A stretch of DNA of 64,000 bases from Akkermansiaceae bacterium. GTDB taxonomy: Bacteria; Verrucomicrobiota; Verrucomicrobiia; Verrucomicrobiales; Akkermansiaceae. The translations under genes were made by a program, and so were the position numbers. This document shows positions 49,690 to 59,402 of the stretch, one piece after another; position 1 is the first letter of the stretch; the number at the start of each line of letters is the position of its first letter. The stretch is taken from positions 196,923 to 260,922 of the forward strand of contig JACKQB010000004.1 in assembly GCA_024233115.1 (NCBI GenBank). Reading direction: 5' to 3'. The notes below the pieces were generated by a model. The model was not told where the DNA came from and ran no database searches. It saw only the letters and a list, made by a program, of their open reading frames with translations.

Positions 49690-50898
49690 TCAGCCGGCCA
49701 GCTCGCGCAGCAGCAGGTGATCGGTCGCGGGTTTTTCTCCGCAGATACGCTCGACCAGTGTGTTCCAGACTTCCCGGCCCTTGAGTATATCCACCTCAAT
49801 CCGGAGAAAATAAACCGGCACGTCCAGCTCGGTGGGTTTCAGAAAGCGCACGGCGTCCTTTTCCGTGGTAATGATCAGCTCAATATCGCGCTCAACACAG
49901 CGGCGCATGAAGCGGTCGATCTCTTTTTGATTAAACGGGTGGTGATCGGAGAACACACGGTGGAATTCCACCTGGGCACCGAGTTTTTCCAGGATTTTCT
50001 CAAAACTCCTTGGCACGGCGATACCACTTATCGCGGCCACATATTTATCAGCCAGGAAATCAAGCGGCATCCGCTCACCGGTGTACAAATTTTCCAAATG
50101 CTTCGGCCCATGGGTGCACTCGATGATTTCCGCATACTTGTTATAGCGACGCATTTTCTGGATCAGCTCTTCGTTCGAGCTGCCATCGCATTTGGTAATA
50201 AAGATGTAATCCGCGCGGATCAGGTTTTTCGCAGGTTCGCGCAAGGTCCCTCTCGGCAGCATCTGGCCGGTGCCAAACGGGGCACTCTGGTCGACCAGGA
50301 TAACATCCGTCGAATGGGCGAGATCAAGGTACTGCAGGCCATCATCCAGGATCAGCGTATCCGCCTCCAGTTCGCCCACCGCAAAGCTGCCGCCCTTGAC
50401 CCGGTTTTTATCCACCACCACGGACACACCGGGGAGGTTTTTGGCCAGCATCCACGGTTCGTCACCGGCATAGGAGACGGCGATCAATGGCTCGCCGCCG
50501 TCGCTGACCACCTTCGGCATTTCGTCGGCCGGTATCGCCCCCCCTCCCTCCCGACGGCTCCACGTCTGGGGTTTACTCATTTTTTTGCTCTTATAACCGC
50601 GGCTGAGGATGGCGGGTTTACGCCCCCGGTCGCGCAGCGTGCGGGCAAACAGCTCCACCACCGGGGTCTTGCCCGTGCCTCCCACAGTCAGGTTGCCGAT
50701 GCTGACCACCTGGATCCCCAGATAATGCTGGGTCTTTTTCCCATTGCGGTATCTCCCCAGACGTTTGGCCACACCGAAACGGTAAAGACCCGACAAACTC
50801 CACAGGAAAATCCGCATGATCGTCGCACGGAACCCGCGGGCCCTCCCGAAAATAACTTCGGTGCCCCATTGTTCCAGCTCGTCCAGCGTTTCTCTCAT
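49690..50898 (-). CDS. lpxK: Tetraacyldisaccharide 4'-kinase
   Basis: It has the P-loop '[12 protein letters not shown]', 'ILSRGY' and 'ILDDGLQ'. Confidence 0.85.
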   Translation of the reverse strand: MRETLDELEQWGTEVIFGRARGFRATIMRIFLWSLSGLYRFGVAKRLGRYRNGKKTQHYLGIQVVSIGNLTVGGTGKTPVVELFARTLRDRGRKPAILSRGYKSKKMSKPQTWSRREGGGAIPADEMPKVVSDGGEPLIAVSYAGDEPWMLAKNLPGVSVVVDKNRVKGGSFAVGELEADTLILDDGLQYLDLAHSTDVILVDQSAPFGTGQMLPRGTLREPAKNLIRADYIFITKCDGSSNEELIQKMRRYNKYAEIIECTHGPKHLENLYTGERMPLDFLADKYVAAISGIAVPRSFEKILEKLGAQVEFHRVFSDHHPFNQKEIDRFMRRCVERDIELIITTEKDAVRFLKPTELDVPVYFLRIEVDILKGREVWNTLVERICGEKPATDHLLLRELAG

Positions 50899-50960
50899 CC
50901 CTGCACAGGCTTATACACTCTGCACTTGAAACTTGGAACTTGAAACTTAACACTTCTGCC

Positions 50961-51743
50961 ATGACCAGACCCGACGGACGCCAGAACGATGAATTACGCC
51001 CTATCACTTTCGAACCCGGCATAGCGCCCCACGCCACCGGCTCCGTGCTGGTCTCATTTGGAAACACCCGCGTCATCTGCGCCGCCACCATCCAGGAGGA
51101 TGTGCCACGCTGGATGAAGTATCAAAAAATAGGCGGCGGCTGGCTCACGGCGGAATACAATATGCTGCCCTACTCCACACTCGACAGAAAACAGCGGGAT
51201 ATATCCACGGGCCGACTCGATGGCCGGTCATCCGAGATCCAGCGGCTCATCGGCCGGTCACTGCGTGCCGTGGTTGACCTGAAGGCCCTCGGACCACGCA
51301 CAGTTTGGCTCGATTGTGATGTCCTCCAGGCCGACGGCGGCACTCGCACCGCCTCCATCACAGGTGGCTGCGTCGCCATTGCCATTGCCCTGAACAAACT
51401 GATGGCTGCTGGGAAACTGAAGTCTTTCCCCATGAAAAAACTGGTCACCGGCATCAGCTCCGGCGTTTACCAGAACACCCCGGTCCTTGATCTCAACTAC
51501 CCCGAGGACAAGGACGCCAGCGTCGACTTCAATGTGGTGATGACCGAGGACCTCGAATTCGTCGAACTCCAGGGAAGTGGCGAGGAAAGCACCTTCACCA
51601 GCGAACAAATGACCGCCATGCTGGATCTTGCCAAAAAGGGCGTGATCGAAATCACCGCACTGCAAAAGCAGGCTATACTTGACGCGGATCAGGCATCATC
51701 AACAGACCTTAAAGATCTCGCCGATTGTTTTAAACGCCCGTAG
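50961..51743 (+). CDS. rph: Ribonuclease PH
   Basis: 'RPDGRQNDELRPI', 'GSVLVSFGNTRVICAA' and 'DCDVLQADGGTRTASITG' are RNase PH motifs. I chose ATG 50961 over the TTG at 50940. Confidence 0.9.
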   Translation: MTRPDGRQNDELRPITFEPGIAPHATGSVLVSFGNTRVICAATIQEDVPRWMKYQKIGGGWLTAEYNMLPYSTLDRKQRDISTGRLDGRSSEIQRLIGRSLRAVVDLKALGPRTVWLDCDVLQADGGTRTASITGGCVAIAIALNKLMAAGKLKSFPMKKLVTGISSGVYQNTPVLDLNYPEDKDASVDFNVVMTEDLEFVELQGSGEESTFTSEQMTAMLDLAKKGVIEITALQKQAILDADQASSTDLKDLADCFKRP

Positions 51744-51893
51744 GTTATTTTCCCCATCCAAGCTTGTTTTTTGCCTTGCGGGAACGGCCAGACGTAGTAG
51801 CTTGCAGTGTCAGTTGTGCCTTCACGTACGTGGCGGCCTGGCTGAGTACAAAAACAAGTGTATAAAACACATACAAAACAAAAAATAAATACC

Positions 51894-52565
51894 ATGAAAA
51901 TAACAAGCAAAAATAGAGCATTAGGTTTCACCCTCGTGGAACTCCTCGTTGTTATCGCCATTATTGCTGCTCTCGCAGCCATGGCGACCCCCGTTATCAT
52001 GAAGCAGAACAAAAAAGCTGCCATGACCGAAGCCACCAGTAACGCCAAGCAGATCTTCTACCTGCTCATCGAGTTTGACCAAGACTACGGTGAGTTTCCT
52101 GGAGACGATACCGCGGTAGACGAACTCGCCGGCTACACCGGCTCCAACTCCAACGACTACCTGGCCCAGTTCATCGCTGGCGGCTATACCAAGTCCGAGG
52201 AAATCTTCTACGCCAAGGGCGGTGCTTCCACAAACAAGAAGCCCGACAACGTGGTTACCAACAAAACCGACCAACTCGCAGAAGGTGAGTGCGGATTTGC
52301 ATACATCAAGGGTATGTCCACCAGCGTGAACAGTGGACGCCCTGTCATCATGGCACCATTTGATACCGGCGAGGCATTCAAGCCAGACCCCTATGACGGC
52401 AAGGCCGTTGTGCTCCGTATCGATGGCGCTTGCAAACAACTCCTGCTTAACAAAAACGACAACAAAGCCAAGCTCGGCGGTGGCAAGACACTGTTCGACA
52501 CGGGTAATGATACCGTTTGGGGAACCGATGGATACGTCAGCTCAGACCTAGTCGAAGCCAAGTAA
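51894..52565 (+). CDS. Prepilin-type N-terminal cleavage/methylation domain protein (type II secretion/pilin-like)
   Basis: 'GFTLVELLVVIAIIAALAAMA' lies directly after a short leader. I chose the ATG at 51894. Confidence 0.75.
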   Translation: MKITSKNRALGFTLVELLVVIAIIAALAAMATPVIMKQNKKAAMTEATSNAKQIFYLLIEFDQDYGEFPGDDTAVDELAGYTGSNSNDYLAQFIAGGYTKSEEIFYAKGGASTNKKPDNVVTNKTDQLAEGECGFAYIKGMSTSVNSGRPVIMAPFDTGEAFKPDPYDGKAVVLRIDGACKQLLLNKNDNKAKLGGGKTLFDTGNDTVWGTDGYVSSDLVEAK

Positions 52566-52598
52566 CCCCTGTTAAACAAACAAACTAACAATCAACCT

Positions 52599-52627
52599 GC
52601 CGGAGAGGGAAACCTCTCCGGCTTTTT
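52599..52627 (+). terminator. Rho-independent terminator
   Basis: The 10-bp stem GCCGGAGAGG/CCTCTCCGGC has a GAAA loop and is followed by 'ttttt'. Confidence 0.7.
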
Positions 52628-52647
52628 CGTATCCGCCCTCTAACACA

Positions 52648-53172
52648 TCAGATCCAGAATACGTCCACCACAAACCACACAATCATCATCACGCCCACCA
52701 CCACCTTGACGATGAGGCCGGCCACCGTTCCCAGCACAGAGCCGACTCCCGATACGGTGGCGGGACGGACCTCTTTTTTTGCAAAGACAAACTCACATAA
52801 GGTCGAGCCAATCAGTGGGCCAAGGATCAGGCCAAAGGGCATGAAAAACATCCCGACAACCCCACCGATCAAGGCACCGGCCGCCCCCCATCGGGTCCCT
52901 CCAAACCAGCGGGTGCCAACCGCTCCGCTCATGAATTCGAAAACCTGGGAGAGCGTCAGCAATAAGCCAAGCACGACAAAGGTCCACCACTCCACCCCCG
53001 ACTCATCCCGCAACATCAACCAGTGGGCCACAGCCGCGAAAAACAAGATCAGATGGCCGGGAAGAAAGGGAACCAAGGTGCCGATGAACCCGACGATCAA
53101 CAAACACACCGTCACCACCCACGCCACAGCGGTGCCGATAGCGGGCAGGATATCAACCAAAAAACCAAGCAT
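52648..53172 (-). CDS. DUF456 domain-containing membrane protein
   Basis: It has four hydrophobic helices and 'GTLVPFLPGHLILF', which is typical of DUF456. I chose the start at MLGFLVD (ATG at 53172). Confidence 0.65.
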   Translation of the reverse strand: MLGFLVDILPAIGTAVAWVVTVCLLIVGFIGTLVPFLPGHLILFFAAVAHWLMLRDESGVEWWTFVVLGLLLTLSQVFEFMSGAVGTRWFGGTRWGAAGALIGGVVGMFFMPFGLILGPLIGSTLCEFVFAKKEVRPATVSGVGSVLGTVAGLIVKVVVGVMMIVWFVVDVFWI

Positions 53173-53296
53173 ACGCCACCTGTAATCGACCCAGCCAAAC
53201 ACGCAAGCAAAGGCTGCATGTTTTTTCGCAAATACCGCCTCCCATTTACCCCACATTACCCTTTCCATCCGCTATGGGCAGTGCTTGTATGCAGTC

Positions 53297-53487
53297 ATGA
53301 AAAAGGAATTGTTGGAAAACCCCGTTTTCCATATGGCAGCCAGCCAGTTCGACCGCACGGCGGACTTTCTCGATCTGGCCCCTCTGTTCGTAAACAGAGT
53401 AAATGGCCCGAGCGATTAATACACTCACGGTTCCCATTCAGCGGGGAAACGGCAATAACCGAGGCCTTTTCCAGCTATCGTGTTTAG
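53297..53487 (+). pseudogene. Remnant of a Glu/Leu/Phe/Val (glutamate) dehydrogenase N-terminus, frameshifted and truncated
   Basis: Frame 1 reads 'MKKELLENPVFHMAASQFDRTADFLDLAPLF...' and stops at 53417. The +1 frame continues 'PERLIHSRFPFSGETAITEAFSSYRV*'. This parallels the GDH N-terminal pattern NP.F.MA..QF..AA..L.L......L..P.R.L.V..PV.MD.G....F.GYRVQH. No catalytic domain follows. Confidence 0.5.
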
Positions 53488-53668
53488 CGGCGCTTGAACG
53501 GGTCATTACCACGGACAATGCAGCCAAACTCGAAAAAGAGTTTGAGCAAGTCGTGCATTTCTCCCAAGATGCAGACGCCTCCCATCGGCTTTAATCAAGT
53601 CACCAAAACCAGAGCTGTCCGTGGTCTCTTTCCTTGAAATATCCAACTCACAACCCATCATTTTACAT

Positions 53669-54649
53669 ATGCCTATCAGTACAACCTTTGCATCCTTTGG
53701 ACAACCACCTGAAGTCATCGATCTTACAGAAACCCGTCGTCGTGAACTTCAAGCAGATGAAATACGGCTACGCATGCTGGTCTCGCCGATCAATCCGGCC
53801 GACATCAATTATATCCAGGGTGTTTACGGTCTCAAACCCGCGCTACCTGCTACCGCCGGTCTCGAAGGCTGCGGCATGGTCATCGAATCCCGGGCTGATG
53901 ATTTTCAGGTAGGCGATCTTGTCATCACCATCCAACCCGTCGGAACATGGTCCGAAGAAGTCACCTGCACATCCAGGGATGTCTTGAAAATACCGCGCGA
54001 AACACCGGTCGAGCAGGCATCCATGCTCAAAGTCAACCCGCTCACAGCGTGGTGCATGCTCACACAGTTCGTCAATCTCCCCCAGGGATCATGGGTCATT
54101 CAGAATGCAGCCAACTCCGGTGTCGGCACCTGTGTGATCCAGATTGCCAGGCTTCTCGGGCTGCGTACCATCAACCTGGTGCGCCGCGAGCAACCTATCG
54201 CTGGTCTTCTCAAGCTGGGTGCCGATCATGTGTTGTTAGATAATCAGGAGTCGATCGATCAAATCAAGGATCTCACCGCCGGTGCCCCTCCCGTCCTGGC
54301 TCTTAACGCCGTTGGTGGCGACAGTGCCTTGCGGCTGATGGACGCGCTCGCCACCAAGGGTATCCACGTCACCTACGGAGCAATGAGCATGCGCAGCCTG
54401 AAGGTTCCTAACAAATTCCTCATTTTCAAACGCATCCAGCTACACGGATTCTGGGTCACCGAATGGATGAAGGAAAATGATTCCGATACCCTCAAACAAT
54501 GCTATGCACAACTTGCCCGATGGATCATTGAAGGCAATCTAACACAGCCTGTCGATTCCACCTACCCACTTGCAGATATCACCGCTGCCGTTACCCGTGC
54601 GATGGAGAATAAGCGGAATGGCAAGGTGCTGGTCACGTGCAGTTCTTGA
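53669..54649 (+). CDS. Zinc-type alcohol dehydrogenase-like / NADPH:quinone (enoyl) reductase (MDR superfamily)
   Basis: 'SPINPADINYIQGVYG' and the nucleotide-binding loop 'QNAANSGVGTCVIQIA' point to an MDR protein with MECR/Qor-like layout. I chose the ATG at 53669. Confidence 0.8.
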   Translation: MPISTTFASFGQPPEVIDLTETRRRELQADEIRLRMLVSPINPADINYIQGVYGLKPALPATAGLEGCGMVIESRADDFQVGDLVITIQPVGTWSEEVTCTSRDVLKIPRETPVEQASMLKVNPLTAWCMLTQFVNLPQGSWVIQNAANSGVGTCVIQIARLLGLRTINLVRREQPIAGLLKLGADHVLLDNQESIDQIKDLTAGAPPVLALNAVGGDSALRLMDALATKGIHVTYGAMSMRSLKVPNKFLIFKRIQLHGFWVTEWMKENDSDTLKQCYAQLARWIIEGNLTQPVDSTYPLADITAAVTRAMENKRNGKVLVTCSS

Positions 54650-54724
54650 GAAAGAAATTATTTTTTCTGAATAAGTTTCATATTCCTGTCGTCGAAGTAA
54701 GCGAACACCAAAAACCACAATAAT

Positions 54725-55093
54725 ATGAAAACAATACTAGCAACACTTGTCACCATCATCGTCGGATTGGTAGCTCTTCCCGGCACAGCTGAAGCCCGTC
54801 CACACGACAACTGCAGCTCCAGCTACACCTACCTGAGCGGCAATACAGCATGCGGATGCCCCGTCTATACCAAGCGTGTCTTCGTAGGATACGATTGTTA
54901 CCACCGTCCGATCTACCGCTACTACAGTGTTCCGGTCGTGCACCGCTGCAGAAGCCATTACCGGCCTACATACCATAACCACCCGGGACATGGTAGCCGC
55001 TATTACAATAACAGCCGCTACCCAAGCCACCGCGGACACAGCAGCCACATCAGCTTGCGCACACGCTATGGTAATGTGAGTATCTGCCGCTAA
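54725..55093 (+). CDS. Small secreted Cys/His/Tyr/Arg-rich protein (hypothetical)
   Basis: It has a signal peptide 'LVALPGTAEA'. The mature ~98 aa contain 7 Cys plus many His, Tyr and Arg. A terminator follows. Confidence 0.5.
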   Translation: MKTILATLVTIIVGLVALPGTAEARPHDNCSSSYTYLSGNTACGCPVYTKRVFVGYDCYHRPIYRYYSVPVVHRCRSHYRPTYHNHPGHGSRYYNNSRYPSHRGHSSHISLRTRYGNVSICR

Positions 55094-55117
55094 TCACCAT
55101 CATTCAAAAAACACCAA

Positions 55118-55152
55118 CAAGGAGGGCCCGCATGGCTCTCCTTGTTTTTTTT
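55118..55152 (+). terminator. Rho-independent terminator
   Basis: The stem CAAGGAG/CTCCTTG is followed by 'tttttttt'. Confidence 0.65.
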
Positions 55153-55194
55153 GATAAAAGCGCTACCCTGGCTTCGCTCCCAGAGTAAGCACCC

Positions 55195-56205
55195 ATGAAC
55201 GCATTATCCATCAGTCTCCTATTGTCAGTTGTTTCCCTGCTTCCGATCCGGGCGGCATCCTCAGGCAGCGAACTGCTCGCAGCCCTGCAGGCACGGATTG
55301 ATCGAGGAGGGGACTACGCCGATGTCTATGATGCCGTTGACGACCTTCCCGACTCTGAAGTCAAGGAACTCTACAAACAAGTCGAGCGTGCATGGCCAAG
55401 ACTCCAGGAAAAATACATCTCCAATTTCCAACGCACCGCAAGAAGCTCCAGCGGCAAGGCGGGGGAACACAAAAGCCGGGTTCGCGATTTACGCAAGGAG
55501 CTTGCCGCCATGAAGTCACTCGGGGATGGCCCAATGAAGGATGCTCTCAAAAAACGCGGTATGCCCATCCTGGATGAACTACGTGATTTATTGCTGCCCA
55601 GCGCAAAAACAATCCTGGCAACAAGCGATGAAACCCTGAAAAAAGAACGGCGGGGCCTGCTAGCCATTGCGGGACTGCGGGACGCGCTGATCGAAGCCGC
55701 AATTATTCCAGGTAAAGAAAACTCGGTCTCCCAGGTTGAAACCCTGGAAAATTCCGTCACCCAGGCCCTCTCCGGCCTCGATCGCAAAGGACTCAAGCTC
55801 ATGGAACAAAACCGCAAAACTGCGGAAAAAGCCAAGGTCCCGGAGGCGGAAAGGCTCGGTGTGGCCGATGCCAACCTGATGCGTCTGCTCGCAGGCTACA
55901 ACGCTCTGGAAATCGACCCCAAACTCTGCGCCGCCGGTCGTGACCACTCCAAGGACATGGCAACCCTCGGTTTTTTTGCCCACGAATCTCCGGTGGCTGG
56001 AAAAAAAACTCCCTTTATCCGCGCCAATAACTTTGGCACCTCGGCCTCCGGCGAGAACATCTACATGGGCTCCACCGACCCCAAGGGTGCCAACAAAGCC
56101 TGGTTCTACTCACCCGGCCACCACAGGAATATGTTCAACGGCAGTCACCGCCGCATCGGCCTCGGCCAGCACGACCGCCACTGGACGCAGCTCTTCGGCA
56201 GCTAG
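55195..56205 (+). CDS. CAP (SCP/PR1-like) domain-containing secreted protein
   Basis: It has a signal peptide and a helical N-terminal region. The C-terminal part reads 'HSKDMATLGFFAHESP', 'GENIYMG', 'W..SPGHHRNM' and 'IGLG'. Confidence 0.7.
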   Translation: MNALSISLLLSVVSLLPIRAASSGSELLAALQARIDRGGDYADVYDAVDDLPDSEVKELYKQVERAWPRLQEKYISNFQRTARSSSGKAGEHKSRVRDLRKELAAMKSLGDGPMKDALKKRGMPILDELRDLLLPSAKTILATSDETLKKERRGLLAIAGLRDALIEAAIIPGKENSVSQVETLENSVTQALSGLDRKGLKLMEQNRKTAEKAKVPEAERLGVADANLMRLLAGYNALEIDPKLCAAGRDHSKDMATLGFFAHESPVAGKKTPFIRANNFGTSASGENIYMGSTDPKGANKAWFYSPGHHRNMFNGSHRRIGLGQHDRHWTQLFGS

Positions 56206-56240
56206 GAGGGAAATAGCTTGTTAAGGAGGTTTGGATTCAC

Positions 56241-56744
56241 CTACTCACTTCTCAACTTCTTCTTCCTCTCCCGCGCCTCGCGGAAAAAACCCTGTAGCAA
56301 CGCGAGACACTCATCCTGCATGACCCCAGAGACAATATCACAGCGATGATTCAATGGCGGGTTGGACTCCAGCAAATTAATCCATCCTCCCGCCGCCCCC
56401 GCCTTGGGGTCCGGCACTCCGAATACCACACGGTCGGGCCTACAGTGCACAATGGCTCCCGCACACATCGGGCACGGCTCCTTGGTGACATACAAAGTGC
56501 ACCCCTCCAGCCGCCAATCACCCACCGCATCCTGGGCCGATGTCAGCGATAACATCTCAGCATGCGCCGTGGCGTCCTTCAGTGTTTCCACCTGGTTCCA
56601 CGCCCGCGCAATCACCGAACCATTGCTGACGATCACCGCACCCACCGGCACTTCACCCGCCTCATACGCCTTGCGCGCCTCACGCAACGCCAGCTGCATA
56701 AAGTAGTCGTCACTCCGGAAATCCATCATCAAATCGTCACTCAC
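56241..56744 (-). CDS. tadA: tRNA adenosine(34) deaminase
   Basis: It has the CDA zinc motifs 'HAEM' and 'PCPMCAGA', and is 167 aa long. Confidence 0.85.
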   Translation of the reverse strand: MSDDLMMDFRSDDYFMQLALREARKAYEAGEVPVGAVIVSNGSVIARAWNQVETLKDATAHAEMLSLTSAQDAVGDWRLEGCTLYVTKEPCPMCAGAIVHCRPDRVVFGVPDPKAGAAGGWINLLESNPPLNHRCDIVSGVMQDECLALLQGFFREARERKKKLRSE

Positions 56745-56801
56745 GCACAGAACCTGTCAAAAAAACTTCAAACTTCAAACTGAATACTTCAAACTAATGC
56801 C

Positions 56802-57470
56802 ATGAGCACTTGGCAGCATACCGACCGCATCATCGCCCCCTCGCTTCTGGCGGCGGATTTTTCCAGGATCAAAGAGGAGACCGACCGCGCCATGGCCAGC
56901 GGCGGCGACTGGATGCACCTCGATGTCATGGACGGTCACTTTGTAAACAACATCTCCTTCGGCCCGGCCATCATCCAAGCCATCGATGGTGTCAGCGACG
57001 CCTTCCTCGACGTGCACCTGATGATTGCTCGACCCGACCATTTTCTCCCGGAATTCATCAAAGCGGGCGCTGACATGATCACGGTGCATGTGGAGGCCGA
57101 CCACGATGTCGCGGAAACGCTCACCCGTATCCGCGAGGCGGGGTGTTTGGCGGGGCTCGCGCTTAATCCCGCCACGGCGATGTCCGCGGTGGAACCCCAT
57201 CTCGACATGATTGACATGCTGCTCTGCATGACCGTGGTTCCCGGCTTTGGGGGGCAGTCATTTATGCACGAAGTCATGCCCAAGGTGGAACAAGCCGCCG
57301 CATGGAGAACGCAACGCGGGCTTTCCTATCACATCGAGGTTGACGGCGGTATCGATCCTGAAACAGCTCCCATCGCCGCCGCCGCCGGTGCCAATGTGAT
57401 GGTCGCGGGCTCATCCACTTTCAAGGCGCCGGATATGGCAGCAGCAATCCGGACGATCCGCAACGCTTGA
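56802..57470 (+). CDS. rpe: Ribulose-phosphate 3-epimerase
   Basis: 'IAPSLLAADF', 'HLDVMDGHFV', 'DVHLM' and 'VDGGI' are Rpe motifs. Confidence 0.9.
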   Translation: MSTWQHTDRIIAPSLLAADFSRIKEETDRAMASGGDWMHLDVMDGHFVNNISFGPAIIQAIDGVSDAFLDVHLMIARPDHFLPEFIKAGADMITVHVEADHDVAETLTRIREAGCLAGLALNPATAMSAVEPHLDMIDMLLCMTVVPGFGGQSFMHEVMPKVEQAAAWRTQRGLSYHIEVDGGIDPETAPIAAAAGANVMVAGSSTFKAPDMAAAIRTIRNA

Positions 57471-57513
57471 TACCGGGCGAAAGATAATCAGAGCAATCGT
57501 TGTATACCAGGCC

Positions 57514-59337
57514 ATGAAGTTTTCCATAATTGCCACAGCCTTGATCTTTGGGGGGTGCCTGTCCGCCCAGGCGTTGACGCCCGATGAGGAAATCGCCCAA
57601 AAGGTTCCACAAGCACGCGCCATCCTCGAAGCATGGAAAAAAGGCGAGCCCACTGACATCAACCGCACCCTGCATATCATTTATTGGACACCGTCGGATC
57701 GTCAACCCGCCGACCAATACCGTGAGCGGCTGACCCGCTGCATGACGCACATCCAGCGCTTTTACGCAGCCGAGATGACACGCCTCGGCTTTGGCGGCCA
57801 GACCATTAACCTTGATTTCGACCAGGACAAGCTTCTGAAAATCCACCTCGTCAAGGCTCCCCAACCCTACGCTCAATACCAGCCGGGCGATGGTAACAAG
57901 ATCCGCCAGGAATGCCTCCCCGTCCTGAAAAAGGCCGGCATCGACGCCGATAAGGAAACCATTGTGATCTTTTGCAATATGTCCAACTGGGACCCCACCC
58001 AGCAACGTATGACCCAGAACAGCCCCTACTACGCAGGCGGCACCCACCGCGGCGGCACCGCATGGCAGGTCGATTCTCCGTTGTTAGACCCGGTTTATCT
58101 CGATAAAAAACAACCCATGCTCCACGACGGCCAATACGGCCACATCTCGGTGGGAAAATACAACTCCATTTTCGTAGGCGGCGTCGCCCACGAGCTTGGC
58201 CACGCTCTCGGCCTCCCGCATAACTGCGAAAGGGCAGACGAACGCGCCGCCCTGGGTATAGCATTGATGGGGGGCGGCAACCGCACTTATGGCCGCGAGC
58301 TCAGAGGTGAAGGGGCAGGCTCGTTCCTGACTCTTGCCAGCGGCCTCAGGCTGGCATCCCACCCGATGTTCACCGGCTCGATCAAAGGCATGCAACTTGC
58401 CGGCAACTCCAACCTGACCAACCTCAAAATCATCCCCGGCAACCAATCATTTACCATGACAGGAAAAGTGGAGCTTGCCCCGGGCTCCCCACCGGTCCAT
58501 GCCATCCTCGCCTACACCGATCCCAATGGCGGCAGCAACTACGACGCCACAACCGCCACCGCCATACCCGACGCCAACGGTCACTTTTCACTCAACTGCA
58601 CGGACCTCCGTAATGGCCACCCTGCCAGCCTCCGCTTGATCGTCCTTTATGCCAATGGCGACGCCACTTCCCACGTCGGCACCTTCAGCCCCTATACCTA
58701 TTTCTACTCTGTCGGCCGCGACGGACAACCTGAGCTCAGCGACATCGATCTAACACTCCTGTTCGATCCCTGTTGCCAGGCAATCCGGAAAGCTGACCAC
58801 CAGGGTGTCACAGAAGCCCTGCAAGCCGTCGCCCAGTCCCAAAACCCCAAAGCGGCGGAAATCGCCAAACGATTACTCAGGCAGGCACCCTTGCACCCGT
58901 CACCTGATCAAGTAGCTCCCACCATCACCTCCATCGCCATCGGCGACGCCACCCCCACGACCGCTGAAGTCGGTTACGGCAAACCTACTTACAATCGCCT
59001 CCCTGCTAGGGACCCCCTGTTGCGTGCAGGCGACCATATCTTCACCAGCGGCATCTACGCCCACGCTCCCGCCAAACACACCTACCAACTCGGCGGCCAT
59101 TGGAAAAAACTCACGGGTAGCTGCGGGTTGGCACAACATGCCGACGGCTCGGTTGTTTTCATCATCAAGGCTGATGGCCAACAGCTCTGGTCATCCGGTC
59201 ACGCCAAAACCGGCCAGATCCACCGTTTCAACCTGGATGTCACCGGCAAACAGAACCTGGAATTCATCGTCGACGACAATAACGATAGCACCCGCTCCGA
59301 CTGGGGCCTGTGGCTGGATCCTACCCTGAGCCGATAG
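57514..59337 (+). CDS. Secreted zinc metalloprotease-like protein with a C-terminal NPCBM-like carbohydrate-binding domain
   Basis: It has a signal peptide and the zincin motif 'HELGHALGLPH'. The last ~130 aa ('GYGKPTYNRL...IYAHAPAKHTYQLGG...FIVDDNNDSTRSDWGLW') resemble NPCBM modules. Confidence 0.65.
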   Translation: MKFSIIATALIFGGCLSAQALTPDEEIAQKVPQARAILEAWKKGEPTDINRTLHIIYWTPSDRQPADQYRERLTRCMTHIQRFYAAEMTRLGFGGQTINLDFDQDKLLKIHLVKAPQPYAQYQPGDGNKIRQECLPVLKKAGIDADKETIVIFCNMSNWDPTQQRMTQNSPYYAGGTHRGGTAWQVDSPLLDPVYLDKKQPMLHDGQYGHISVGKYNSIFVGGVAHELGHALGLPHNCERADERAALGIALMGGGNRTYGRELRGEGAGSFLTLASGLRLASHPMFTGSIKGMQLAGNSNLTNLKIIPGNQSFTMTGKVELAPGSPPVHAILAYTDPNGGSNYDATTATAIPDANGHFSLNCTDLRNGHPASLRLIVLYANGDATSHVGTFSPYTYFYSVGRDGQPELSDIDLTLLFDPCCQAIRKADHQGVTEALQAVAQSQNPKAAEIAKRLLRQAPLHPSPDQVAPTITSIAIGDATPTTAEVGYGKPTYNRLPARDPLLRAGDHIFTSGIYAHAPAKHTYQLGGHWKKLTGSCGLAQHADGSVVFIIKADGQQLWSSGHAKTGQIHRFNLDVTGKQNLEFIVDDNNDSTRSDWGLWLDPTLSR

Positions 59338-59402
59338 GTCGATTGACCGAATCAACTCATTTCTTCCGTGCCATCCGCGCCTTCCGTGCTTAAAACTCCG
59401 GC

